This document shows, in pieces, positions 19,757 through 29,740 of a stretch of DNA of 64,000 nucleotides (positions are counted from its first letter, which is position 1; each line of letters begins with the position of its first letter). The notes under the pieces were generated by a model that was not told where the DNA came from, did not search any database, and saw only the letters and a list, made by a program, of their open reading frames with translations. The position numbers and the translations under genes were made by a program. The DNA comes from Deltaproteobacteria bacterium (lineage in GTDB: Bacteria; Myxococcota; XYA12-FULL-58-9; JAFGEK01): the NCBI GenBank assembly GCA_016931625.1, contig JAFGEK010000079.1, positions 258-64,257 of the forward strand, given 5' to 3'.

Positions 19757-21028
19757 TTAAAAATTTGAAATAACAAGAGCTGCCGCGTTACCTGCATGTG
19801 AAGTAGAGGTAATAAGTGCATGCTTAGTATTTACTGACACCTTCTTAGTTTGCGCGTAATTTAAAGGAGTTTCTGGATTAACCAGGTTGGCAATTGCTGG
19901 TACCGAACTATTTCGTATTGACCAAGCAGCTACTAATGTTTGCAGTAAACCACCAGTTTCTAAGGTTTCACCTATACTACCCTTAATCGCAGTAATTATC
20001 GGACATATATTATCATTATTAGTATATAAACATGATATTACATCAGCTTCACGACGGTCAATTTCGATATCTCCAGATGCAGATGCAGAAATGACACCGA
20101 TATCATTAACATCAATACCAGCCTGCTTAATTGCATGTGTGCATGAATTAAGTAAGGTTTCGGTTGCTTCATCATTATCAGCCGCCATTGCTGATGATAA
20201 TCCGCTTAAATTTGTGAGAGGAGTGATATCACGTTGTTGAGCATATGATAATGGTTCAAGTACTACAGCAGCGGCAGCTTCTCCTAAAGCAATATTTTTG
20301 CGATTAGTATCAAATGGTCTAGGTAAATAATTAGTATCAAATTTGCTGGCTCTTGACATGCTAAATAGTAACTCATCACAAAAAGAAAAACTTGTAACAA
20401 CTACCAAGGCACGTGCGCGTTTTTGTTGTAATAATAGTGTCGCAAGATTAAGTGCCTCAAGTGATGAAGTGTTTCCGCTTGATATAGTGAAACATAAGGC
20501 CTTGAGACCAAGAGATAAAGCGATTTGACTACTGGCAGCGCTTGGAATGCTAAATGGAACCAGGGCAGGATTAGATTTATGCAATCCTTCAACTACCACA
20601 CTGCGGTCATATTTTATTAAAGTTGGAAGATGAGCAAAACTAAACGCTCCTATTAACCCAATTTGATTACAATCAAAGTAAGTATCTGAAACGTCATCGA
20701 AGGTTTGATGATTTTCGTTATTTTGCTTATTGATATCGCAATATATTTTAGCATCATCAAGAGCAAGTTTTGCGGCGCAAAGCCCTAATTGAGTAGTGCG
20801 GTTAAGTAATCTCAATCCCTTTACAGGTGAATATTTTAAGGGGTCAAAATTTGGAATGCTAGCAATATTGATTTTAGGTATATCTTTAGCAGATTGCCAG
20901 GTTTGCAAAATGCCATTATATCCAGTGCATAATGAAGTAGCTAAAGTATCTAACGAATCACCAAGAGGCGTGATTACCCCAACCCCGGATATGGCGATAG
21001 GATTGCCAATTTCACCAAGTTGATTCAT
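19757..21028 (-). CDS. Chain-length-factor-like ketosynthase homologue (catalytic residues absent)
   Basis: KS fold (ISGVGVITPLG, RPFD...GEAA). SGNTSS replaces the Cys motif, and SASG/GET replace the His motifs. Confidence 0.82.
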   Translation of the reverse strand: MNQLGEIGNPIAISGVGVITPLGDSLDTLATSLCTGYNGILQTWQSAKDIPKINIASIPNFDPLKYSPVKGLRLLNRTTQLGLCAAKLALDDAKIYCDINKQNNENHQTFDDVSDTYFDCNQIGLIGAFSFAHLPTLIKYDRSVVVEGLHKSNPALVPFSIPSAASSQIALSLGLKALCFTISSGNTSSLEALNLATLLLQQKRARALVVVTSFSFCDELLFSMSRASKFDTNYLPRPFDTNRKNIALGEAAAAVVLEPLSYAQQRDITPLTNLSGLSSAMAADNDEATETLLNSCTHAIKQAGIDVNDIGVISASASGDIEIDRREADVISCLYTNNDNICPIITAIKGSIGETLETGGLLQTLVAAWSIRNSSVPAIANLVNPETPLNYAQTKKVSVNTKHALITSTSHAGNAAALVISNF

Positions 21029-22260
21029 GTTTCACAACGCTTTATGATCAGGCAAACATTAAAGCCGCCAAAGCCAGCAGATAGATTTAAACAGTTATTT
21101 AATGGCAAATTGCGACCATGAATAGGCACGTAATCAAGGTCACACTTAGGATCATGTGTCGTAAGATTTGCCGTAGGTGGTACGGCTTGGTGTTGCAGCG
21201 CTAAAGTGCAAATAATAGCGGCGATAGCGCTGGCGGCGCCATTGCAATGCCCAAGCATAGATTTCAAAGAACTAATGCTTAGCTTATAGGCATGTTCACC
21301 AAATATATTCTTTATAGCTGAGGTTTCCGCATTATCATTATGAATAGTACCGGTACCATGAGCGCTTATATATTCAATTGCAGAAAAAGATGTATTACTT
21401 TGTTGTAATGCTTTACGCATAGCTCTTGTAAAACCATCACCTTGTGGTTCTGGGGCAGTAACATGGTAGGCGTCATTACTCATGCCATATCCTGCGATTT
21501 CAGCAATTATATTAGCGCCGCGTGTTCGCGCATGTTCATAATCTTCAAGAACTAAAATACCTGCCCCTTCACCAAAACATACACCATCACGATTTAGATC
21601 AAAGGGTCGACAAACAGATTTGGCTAAAATTCCCAGACGCGAGAAACCGCTATAAACTGTGCGGGTAAGTGTATCAGCGCCGCCAGCCACCATAAGTTCT
21701 GCTCTGCCGCTAGCAATCATATCGTAGGCAAGAGCAATTGCGGCATTACCCGAACTGCATGCAGCTGTGCATAATATTGATGGACCGGTGAGGGAAAAAT
21801 AACGAGAAATATTCGTTGTTATATGATGGTTATCAGCACGTTGATAAAACGTTGCATCAACTGCGTCATAGCCAATTTGAGTAAAATGATCATTAAGCTC
21901 ACCAACTGATTCTTCTTCGCCCATGGTAGTACCGATAATTACTCCAATAGGTGCGCGTCTTTTGGTGTCATTAATTAGTTGGGCTTCAGTAAGTGCAAGT
22001 TTTGTCGCTATTAAGGCTAGTTTAGTGCAGCGACCATAGGCAGCAATATGATCGATTACTTGTTTATCGTTATCAGTTGATAAATCGCATAGTGGTGTGG
22101 ATACTTCACCGCCCCAAAGATCAGCCATATTTGTACAAGAAAAACGCTGCAATGGAGCGATAAAGCAAGTACCGTCGAATAGTGATTGCCATACACTGTA
22201 TAGCTCACTTCCTGCAGCAGTTAATAAACCTCTGCCGGTTATTGCGACTTTACGTAACAT
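21025..22260 (-). CDS. Beta-ketoacyl-ACP synthase (type II KS, FabF-like)
   Basis: TAACSSG, AHGTGT, KSMLGH, GFGG: intact Cys-His-His triad. Confidence 0.92.
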   Translation of the reverse strand: MLRKVAITGRGLLTAAGSELYSVWQSLFDGTCFIAPLQRFSCTNMADLWGGEVSTPLCDLSTDNDKQVIDHIAAYGRCTKLALIATKLALTEAQLINDTKRRAPIGVIIGTTMGEEESVGELNDHFTQIGYDAVDATFYQRADNHHITTNISRYFSLTGPSILCTAACSSGNAAIALAYDMIASGRAELMVAGGADTLTRTVYSGFSRLGILAKSVCRPFDLNRDGVCFGEGAGILVLEDYEHARTRGANIIAEIAGYGMSNDAYHVTAPEPQGDGFTRAMRKALQQSNTSFSAIEYISAHGTGTIHNDNAETSAIKNIFGEHAYKLSISSLKSMLGHCNGAASAIAAIICTLALQHQAVPPTANLTTHDPKCDLDYVPIHGRNLPLNNCLNLSAGFGGFNVCLIIKRCET

Positions 22261-22281
22261 AAAAGGACTCCCAAACTAGTG

Positions 22282-23559
22282 CTAGCTTTTTATGTAGCGC
22301 TTGCGCATGGCTTCACCATGATTTGTTAAAAACCAATTCCAGCAATCAAGCCACCCTTGACGTAATTGTTCAACTGAAAAATGCTTTGGTCGAAAAACAA
22401 TATTAGCACCGTTATATTTTTGCCATTGGTGATGCAAAAGACGCCCTGATTTTGTAAAACGAGCAAACAAGCGACTGCCCGGAAAAGGTGTTGCAATAAA
22501 AAATACCGCGTCATTAATAGATAATCTTGTTAGATAGGCAAGAACTGTATCAAAGATCGATGGTTGATCGTAATCAAAACCTAACATTGTCGAAGCGCAA
22601 ATATGAAAACCTAAATCTTGAATATATTTAATCAAATCATGATTATTCCAATATTTTTGAGCTAATTCACTTGGTATGTTAGTAGCAAAACTATTGAGGG
22701 TTAAATATAGACTATCAACATTACATGAATGTAGATGCTTTAAAAATGAAGGGTCGACTTGTTTGATCGAGCTTAACTCATCAGGAGCTAAAGCTAGCAT
22801 AAAACGTTTTTGTGTAGTGCTCAGTGCCGCGAATAATTCGCGTAACATAGGCAAAGCGTTGTCACCAGTGGCGCCTTGAGTCAAATTATCTGGAATATAT
22901 AAAGTGTTACTGGCCACGTTAGTAAGGTCTTGTAGTATTTTATCTGCTGTCAGCTGACGAATTTTACCATCAACCAAGGGTTCAACATGGGCAATGGGAC
23001 ACCATTGACATTGCAGGCGACAAGAGCGCGGTGTCAACATAATTTCCATGTCATGCGGGTAGGTCTGTCGATTCACTAACGAACGTTGGGGTAGGGGAAT
23101 TTCATTTATTGTTGGCGGACGCTCGCTAATATAAAATTGCTTGGTGGTGCCATGTAGCAAATCATTTATAAAAAGTGGCCAGGTAAGCTCAGCCTCACCA
23201 ATAAAAAGTATATCCGCATGCGCTCGTGCTTCTTGAGGCATTATAGTTACATGTTTGCCTCCCAGAATCACGAGTTTGTTTCTTTGGCGAAAATTATCAG
23301 CAATGTCATATGCTCGTGAAGCTTGTGGAGTAAAAAGGCTTATTGCCACAAGATTTGCATTAGTTTCATATGGAATGCTCATAAATTGGTCATCGATAAA
23401 TTCTAGTTCTATTTCTTTGGGTGTCAATGCTGCTAAAGTTGGTAAAGCTAACCCAGGCCCAACAGGATCAAGCCACGGGTAACCATCAGTGAGATGGCTA
23501 AGTTCAGAATGACCTTCTATGAGTTTTGCATAGCTTGGATATATTAATAATATTTTCAT
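22282..23559 (-). CDS. Cobalamin-binding radical SAM enzyme
   Basis: B12-binding N-domain (LPTLAALTP, VILGGKH, IGEAE), CRLQCQWC, TPFPGS. Confidence 0.85.
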   Translation of the reverse strand: MKILLIYPSYAKLIEGHSELSHLTDGYPWLDPVGPGLALPTLAALTPKEIELEFIDDQFMSIPYETNANLVAISLFTPQASRAYDIADNFRQRNKLVILGGKHVTIMPQEARAHADILFIGEAELTWPLFINDLLHGTTKQFYISERPPTINEIPLPQRSLVNRQTYPHDMEIMLTPRSCRLQCQWCPIAHVEPLVDGKIRQLTADKILQDLTNVASNTLYIPDNLTQGATGDNALPMLRELFAALSTTQKRFMLALAPDELSSIKQVDPSFLKHLHSCNVDSLYLTLNSFATNIPSELAQKYWNNHDLIKYIQDLGFHICASTMLGFDYDQPSIFDTVLAYLTRLSINDAVFFIATPFPGSRLFARFTKSGRLLHHQWQKYNGANIVFRPKHFSVEQLRQGWLDCWNWFLTNHGEAMRKRYIKS

Positions 23560-23579
23560 GCTAACAGGGTGTTGGTCGA

Positions 23580-23804
23580 TTAGGCGTTGGCATTTTTGGC
23601 AACTCGCAATAGGTCATTAAAGTTATGCACTTCGGCGTATTGTTTTTCAGGAATGGTTATTCCTAAAGCTTGTTCAATTTCAAAAATTAATTCAAGCGCC
23701 CCTAGAGAATCGATACCTAAGACCTCGCGAAAATCTGCATCATTAGCGAAATCCTCATTAGTTTCAGCTATCTGTGCAACTATCTGTCTTAGTTGTTGTT
23801 CCAA
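23580..23804 (-). CDS. Acyl carrier protein
   Basis: LGIDSL motif. GGAG RBS before TTG. Confidence 0.88.
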   Translation of the reverse strand: MEQQLRQIVAQIAETNEDFANDADFREVLGIDSLGALELIFEIEQALGITIPEKQYAEVHNFNDLLRVAKNANA

Positions 23805-23858
23805 AATACTCTCCTGAAAATGTATAGTGTAATGAAGTAAAAAATTGTTAGCTTGCCG

Positions 23859-24137
23859 TTATGCTATAGAGATGAATTTATTTTGTTGTTTTTGCATTTG
23901 TTGTACTAATGCGGTGATAGTATTAACGGTACGAAAATTATCAGTATTTATATCCACAATATTGACATTGACTGCGAATCTCTCATCAATAAAAGCAATT
24001 AGAGCAAATGTTGAAAACGAATCAAGGATACCGTTTTGTTGAAGATCAGTATCAATATCGAAGCCGCGTTCGTCATTGTTAAGAAAATTATAAATAATAT
24101 ACTGGCTAATCTCTTTGGCAATTAATGAAGCACTCAT
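23859..24137 (-). CDS. Stand-alone peptidyl/aminoacyl carrier protein (PltL/RedO-like)
   Basis: GILDSF motif and NFRTV.TI. Coupled to the adenylation gene by ATGA overlap. Confidence 0.85.
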   Translation of the reverse strand: MSASLIAKEISQYIIYNFLNNDERGFDIDTDLQQNGILDSFSTFALIAFIDERFAVNVNIVDINTDNFRTVNTITALVQQMQKQQNKFISIA

Positions 24138-25702
24138 GAAGATCGTCCCAAGCGATTTTTATCGCGAGCAGGAATTAGTAAATCAGGATTCATCCCGGCA
24201 ACTGCTGATCCAATACTAAGGCGATCAGCTTTGCCATTATCGGTACGTGGTAATTTTCTAACTAATCTAACATCAGATGGGATCATATAGCGAGGTAGTA
24301 AACCAGCACAATGCCGTTTAAGATCTAAAACCGATAGTGTTTGTTCATTTGGTACCGCAACCGCAATTAATTTATTATGTGCAACTAAAGCTACAGCTTC
24401 ATGGACTTTGGGATGTTGATTTAACACAGCTTCGACTTCACCAAGCTCAATGCGATTACCGCGAATTTTAACCATATGATCAAGTCGACCATGATACCAT
24501 AACTCACCATTAGCGCCACGTGATACTAAATCACCAGTTGGGTAAGGACGTTGAGGTTTTATGGTGTTACCGCCATTAAAATAACCAAGCATTACCGTCG
24601 GTCCATCAACTAATAATTCACCGATTTCTCCATCAGCAACAGGATGCCCACTCGTAGAAACTATACTAATTGTGTTGCTACAACTCGGCCAACCAATAGG
24701 TATTGCTGCGGAGTTTTCTGAAGGAGGTTTTTTTATTTCATAGTATAAACACACATTAGTTTCAGTAGGACCAAAGAAATTAAAAAAGCGAGCTTGGCGA
24801 ACTGCGGTCATAAGCCGACGTAAGTGTTTTAGGGGAAACACTTCACCAGCGAAACAAATAACTCGTAATGAAGCAGCACCATTGCGCGTTAATTCACCTG
24901 AATCTAACATAAGCATAAGCGCTGAAGGCACTGAATACCAGATGGTAATATTATAGTGTCGAATAAATTCTGACATGTGATGGCCAGAGTTGCTAATAGC
25001 CTCATCAACAATAAATATCGTAGCACCGCGACTAAATGATGCCCAAATATCAAAAACAGATAAATCAAAATGAAATGGCGCATGATTAGCTACATGATCA
25101 TGATTATTAAGGTCTACTAACGTAGCAGCCCACTCAGTAAATGCTAAGACATTTCTGTGTGATATCATTACTCCCTTAGGAGTGCCAGTTGAGCCAGAAG
25201 TATAAAGAATAAAAGCTAAATCATCAGAACAATTTGTTGATACAGAGGGAATATTATTGCTATGTTGTTTAATTTGGTTAAGGTTTGTTACTTTGCTAGT
25301 TGAATGATCGTGATTATCGATAAGTAAAAAACGATTTATTTTGTTTTCTTGTTTAGCTTCTTGCCATACTTTTAGCAGAGATGAAGTTGTGATTAAGTGA
25401 TGCAAATTACAGTCATTAGCGATAAGAATAGCGCGAGATATTGGTGAGGCAGGATCAATAGGTACAAAAGCTGCACCTGCACGCAATACTCCTAACATTG
25501 CTGCCACAACTATTGGTGAGCGAGGTGAATGAATTCCTACGCGATCACCAATACCAACTCCTTGGTTAATTAGACTGTGGGCAAACTGATTTGCCAGTGT
25601 ATCTAAGTCACCATAGGTAAGTTTTGATTTCTGACCGACAAGCGCTAAGTGCTGACTTTCGTGCTCGGCCCATATAGTTACAAGCTGATCTATGCGCATC
25701 AT
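24134..25702 (-). CDS. Stand-alone amino-acid adenylation enzyme, likely L-proline-activating (PltF/RedM-like)
   Basis: LYTSGSTGTPKG, FHFDLSVFD, WYSVPS, FAGE, GPTETNVC, TGD, KIRGNRIELGE, NGK. Manually read specificity code is about DLFYCAFVCK. Confidence 0.85.
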   Translation of the reverse strand: MMRIDQLVTIWAEHESQHLALVGQKSKLTYGDLDTLANQFAHSLINQGVGIGDRVGIHSPRSPIVVAAMLGVLRAGAAFVPIDPASPISRAILIANDCNLHHLITTSSLLKVWQEAKQENKINRFLLIDNHDHSTSKVTNLNQIKQHSNNIPSVSTNCSDDLAFILYTSGSTGTPKGVMISHRNVLAFTEWAATLVDLNNHDHVANHAPFHFDLSVFDIWASFSRGATIFIVDEAISNSGHHMSEFIRHYNITIWYSVPSALMLMLDSGELTRNGAASLRVICFAGEVFPLKHLRRLMTAVRQARFFNFFGPTETNVCLYYEIKKPPSENSAAIPIGWPSCSNTISIVSTSGHPVADGEIGELLVDGPTVMLGYFNGGNTIKPQRPYPTGDLVSRGANGELWYHGRLDHMVKIRGNRIELGEVEAVLNQHPKVHEAVALVAHNKLIAVAVPNEQTLSVLDLKRHCAGLLPRYMIPSDVRLVRKLPRTDNGKADRLSIGSAVAGMNPDLLIPARDKNRLGRSS

Positions 25703-26847
25703 TAAAGTCCTAATGATTTAGCGATGAGTATGCGCTGCATTTCAGAGCTACCGGAAAATACTCGCGCAGGAAGGGCATCGCGTAAGAGAGAATCGACACC
25801 AGTAGCAGTAATCATGGCAAAGCCACCAAAAATTTGTACCGCATCGCTGCCACTTTGTACTGCGGCTTCAGAAATCCAAAGTTTTGCTAAAGAAATAGCT
25901 TCTTCACAATGTTTGCCATCACGATGCAACTCGCCAGCGCGATAAAGCAGCGCACGACTAGTTTCAAGACGAAGTTTCATATCAACAATACGATTTTGTA
26001 TCGACTGATTTTCACCTATAACACGACCAAATTGTTTGCGCGTACGTGCATAGTCAATACATTGTTCAAGCGTACGTTCCATATAACCTACGTAGAAGGC
26101 GAATAGGCAACCACGTTCCCAAATCATTGACTCATGAAACAGAGCAGCGCCACAACCTTCAGCACCCAAACGGGTTTTGGCGCTTACACGACAATCGTTT
26201 AAATATACTGTACCCCATGGTGAAGTACGTAAGCCTGTTTTATTGAGCTCAGCTTGCACCTGCAAGCCTGCTGTTTCACGTGGCAATAAAAAGGCGCTAA
26301 TGCCCAGAAAACCACGAGCAGGATCGGTAGTAGCATAGATTAAAAAATAGTCAGCTATAGGTGCATTGGTGACAAAACACTTGCTACCATTGATAATATA
26401 TTGGTCACCATCGCGTACCGCGAGAGTTTTCAAGGCGAATACGTCAGAACCAGCTTCTGGTTCAGTAATAGCGTTAGCGCAAATATGGGTACCGTTAATG
26501 AACGATGGCAAATAGCGAGAAGTCATTTCATTTTGGGCACGCCAAATGGGTACTGACGCTGCAAACATATGTGCACACAGAGAAAAAATTAAGCCACTAT
26601 CTTCGCAGTGTTTGCCTAACGCCTCAATGATTACCATGGTATCTAGGGCATTAAGATTGCTGCCCCCAAATTGCTCAGGAAACGGTAGACCTGTAAGTCC
26701 AAAGCTAGAGGCTTGCGTCCAAAGCTCTCTATTAAAAGCGGCAGCAGCTTCACGTTCACGAGCACCTGGTGACAAACGTGTTTGTGCAAACTGGCTGACC
26801 ATTTGGACCCGCTCTTGTTGAGCTTGGTCCAAGTTGTAATAAGGCAT
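25702..26847 (-). CDS. Acyl-CoA-dehydrogenase-family prolyl-carrier dehydrogenase (PltE/RedW-like)
   Basis: AITEPEAGSD, NGSKCFVTNAP, GLRTSP, WERGC, RKQFG, VQIFGG, FSGSSEMQR. TAATG overlap with the A-domain gene. Confidence 0.85.
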   Translation of the reverse strand: MPYYNLDQAQQERVQMVSQFAQTRLSPGAREREAAAAFNRELWTQASSFGLTGLPFPEQFGGSNLNALDTMVIIEALGKHCEDSGLIFSLCAHMFAASVPIWRAQNEMTSRYLPSFINGTHICANAITEPEAGSDVFALKTLAVRDGDQYIINGSKCFVTNAPIADYFLIYATTDPARGFLGISAFLLPRETAGLQVQAELNKTGLRTSPWGTVYLNDCRVSAKTRLGAEGCGAALFHESMIWERGCLFAFYVGYMERTLEQCIDYARTRKQFGRVIGENQSIQNRIVDMKLRLETSRALLYRAGELHRDGKHCEEAISLAKLWISEAAVQSGSDAVQIFGGFAMITATGVDSLLRDALPARVFSGSSEMQRILIAKSLGL

Positions 26848-27012
26848 AGTTTATAATTTCAAAGCACTATGTCGTTTTTGTCAAGAAATGCAAGAGATAA
26901 TTAATACATATTAATTGATATACTATCTAAAACGTAAATAGTATAAATATAGTGATTTTTCTTCGTCATTACATTAAAACGAAGTAGTCACTTGTATGTG
27001 CAGGGAGTTATT

Positions 27013-28281
27013 TTATCGACATAAAGCGCGATCAAGCTCAGTAATCAGATCATTTACGTTTTCTAAGCCTACTGACATACGGATAAAATCATCACCAATA
27101 CCAGCATTTTCTCTTTCATTAATATTTAAGTTGCGATGAGTTGTGCTTGCTGGATGAATAACTAGTGTTTTGGTGTCACCGATGTTGGTGCTATGACAAA
27201 GTAACTCTATTTGATCAATAAAGTGACGGCCAGCTTCATATCCACCAGCTACACCAAAACCTATCATAGCACCAAAGTATTGACGTAAATACTTTTTAGC
27301 TTGAGTGTGTGATGGATGGTCTTCCAATTCTGGATAACAAACCCATTTTACCTGCGCATGTGATTTTAAAAATTTTGCAAGTTGCGAAGCGTTTTCACAA
27401 TGGCGTTGCATACGAATATGCAATGTTTCCATGCCGCGCAGCATGAGCCAAGCAGTATGTGGTGACATGCAAGCACCCATGTTCATCAGCACTTTGCCTC
27501 GTAAACGAGTAGTGAATGCTAAAGGACCAAACTGTTCGGCATAAGCACGACCAGTTGGGGTAGATTCAAACATCAAGGGATAGCGTTCAGGTTGCCAAAT
27601 AAAGCGGCCGGCATCGACTAAGATGCCACCAATAATCATACCATGACCATCAAGATATTTAGTGCATGAATGAATTACAAAGTCGGCACCATAATTAATA
27701 GGATTAGTAAGATATGGTGTCGCAATGGTATTATCAACGACATAGGGGACATTTATTTCATGAGCAATTGCACTTAAAGTTTCGTGGATGGGGACTAACA
27801 AACTAGGATTGGCTAAATTTTCAACAAAAATAAGCCGAGTTTTCTCAGTGATTTGAGTACGTAGCGAATTTTCATCAAGCGGATTAAAAAAGCGTGTTTT
27901 TATGCCAAGAGTGCTTAAGGTATCACGTAGTAGCCCAATACTACCACCATATAAGCAGGAGGCCGCGACGATCTCATCGTTAGGTCGCAACATATTAAGA
28001 ATTAGACCTGTTACTGCCGCCATGCCTGAAGCAAAGGCAACCCCAGCAACGCCGCCTTCTAACATTGCTACACGTATTTCAGCTTCGGCAACGGTTGGAT
28101 TACCTAAACGGCTATAGATGAAACCCGACTCTTTAAAATTAAAAAGTTCTGCAGCATGATCACTACTATCGTAAGTAAAAGCCGCAGTTTGATATAAAGG
28201 AATTGCACGAGCATGTTGATGGGCTTGCGGTTCATAGGTGCCATGCACCAACTCGGTCTCAGGAGCATATCGTTTTGACAT
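27013..28281 (-). CDS. metY: O-acetylhomoserine aminocarboxypropyltransferase/sulfhydrylase (PLP)
   Basis: PLYQTAAF, YSRLGNPT, ASGMAA, VDNT, HSCTKY, NIGDTKTLVIHPASTTH, RMSVGLE. Confidence 0.88.
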   Translation of the reverse strand: MSKRYAPETELVHGTYEPQAHQHARAIPLYQTAAFTYDSSDHAAELFNFKESGFIYSRLGNPTVAEAEIRVAMLEGGVAGVAFASGMAAVTGLILNMLRPNDEIVAASCLYGGSIGLLRDTLSTLGIKTRFFNPLDENSLRTQITEKTRLIFVENLANPSLLVPIHETLSAIAHEINVPYVVDNTIATPYLTNPINYGADFVIHSCTKYLDGHGMIIGGILVDAGRFIWQPERYPLMFESTPTGRAYAEQFGPLAFTTRLRGKVLMNMGACMSPHTAWLMLRGMETLHIRMQRHCENASQLAKFLKSHAQVKWVCYPELEDHPSHTQAKKYLRQYFGAMIGFGVAGGYEAGRHFIDQIELLCHSTNIGDTKTLVIHPASTTHRNLNINERENAGIGDDFIRMSVGLENVNDLITELDRALCR

Positions 28282-28410
28282 ATGGCATTGATTACTTAAG
28301 TTTAGCAGAAAACCAAGAGAAAAATTACTTGCGAGTCACAGTTTCATATGTAATGGCATACTACATCAGCTTGCTAACGCTTACGGTACGGTTAAATTCA
28401 TCATAAAAGC

Positions 28411-29250
28411 ATGACAACACGTATTGGATTATTTGATTCTGGTGTAGGCGGTCTTGGTGTTTGGCGCGCTATAAATGCTGCTATTCCTGAAGCGACAACA
28501 ATATATGTCGCTGATCAGGTGCATTTTCCTTATGGTGCTTGTAAAAATACCCAAGTACAAAGCTATGCCTCTGCGATTTCCCGCTTTTTATTGGCAAAAG
28601 GTGCAGAAATTATTGTTGTTGCATGTAACTCAGCCTCGACTGCAGCCCTGCAATATCTGCGCGATAATTTTAAAAATGTTCCTTTTGTAGGTATGGAACC
28701 TGCAGTGAAACCAGCGATCGAACAAACACGCAGTAAAGCTGTTGCGGTATTAGCTACAGAGTTAACCGCCCAAGGCGAAGCTTTGGCGAAGCTTTGTCAG
28801 CGCTTTGAGCATAGCGCGCGGATTATTGCACAACCATGTCCGGGGCTGGCTGAAATTGTCGAAGCTGGTGCAGTTGATATAGCTTCAACTGATGGGCATC
28901 TCCGTGAACTACTAAAGCCGCTAATTGCCGCCAAAGTTGATCAATTAGTCTTAGGATGTACTCATTATTCGTTTTTACGTACGGCAATTGCCAAAATTGT
29001 TGGTGATAAAGTTAATATAATTGACCCAGCAGAGGCCGTTGCACGTCAGGTGCAACGAGTATTGTTATCGCTAAATACTATTAATGATAAGTTAGGAATA
29101 TCGGTGCAGCATGAGTTTTATACTACTGCGGTACCAGAAAAATTTTCTAGCCTCGTAGATAGTTTACTACCATCCTTACCGCATGAAACTAGTAGTATTA
29201 AAGGTCTTATATGGCGGGATGAAAGCTTAAGTTTGGTAGAATCTTTGTGA
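28411..29250 (+). CDS. murI: Glutamate racemase
   Basis: FDSGVGG, FPYG, VACNSAS, LGCTHY. Confidence 0.95.
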   Translation: MTTRIGLFDSGVGGLGVWRAINAAIPEATTIYVADQVHFPYGACKNTQVQSYASAISRFLLAKGAEIIVVACNSASTAALQYLRDNFKNVPFVGMEPAVKPAIEQTRSKAVAVLATELTAQGEALAKLCQRFEHSARIIAQPCPGLAEIVEAGAVDIASTDGHLRELLKPLIAAKVDQLVLGCTHYSFLRTAIAKIVGDKVNIIDPAEAVARQVQRVLLSLNTINDKLGISVQHEFYTTAVPEKFSSLVDSLLPSLPHETSSIKGLIWRDESLSLVESL

Positions 29251-29407
29251 GTCGTTAATAATTCGGTCAAGCATAGTATCGAATTTGGCATCGATAGATC
29301 GACGTGCGGCATCTGCATCATACCAGGTCATAATTTCTGCCGCCCCACTTACGAATGAAATACGTGCGGTATAATCAGGAACCACCACCAATAAATAATA
29401 CTTTCAT
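29227..29407 (-). pseudogene. Internally deleted NAD-dependent epimerase/SDR gene remnant
   Basis: GGAG RBS and MKVLFIGG joined out of frame to VPDYTARISFVSGAAEIMTWYDADAARRSIDAKFDTMLDRII...stop. Confidence 0.65.
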
Positions 29408-29740
29408 AATAGTAGTTCTCCTAATACCTAATCTGTTGAAGTGGCAGAAAGCGTTACTCGTCCGGGAAATACTCAAGCCCAAAAGAGTCGTTATTGAGCA
29501 AGGTTTCTTGAGGGTCGATACTAATTTGCGGGTCGATAGTTGCATTATTATTGCTGCAACCTCCTGAAATAAAGGAGGAAATTATGATGGTTAGCGTAAG
29601 CCATTTGAATTGGTAATAGTAAGTTAAAAGCATGGAGATAATTCCAATAATTCTTGATTTAAAAAATTAGCAACTAACAGGTGACAGGATAAGTCTTTCA
29701 TGTTTTGATAAAGCTTAAATAGCAGAATGTGAGGGTAGTT

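Noticed and set aside
16386..26847. Ordinary prodigiosin, pyoluteorin or fatty-acid synthesis locus
   Set aside because: No oxoamine synthase or condensing enzyme, halogenase, type I PKS, or FabD/G/H/Z/I genes are present.
28282..28410. SAM riboswitch upstream of metY
   Set aside because: Short divergent intergenic region with no recognisable SAM-I core or terminator.
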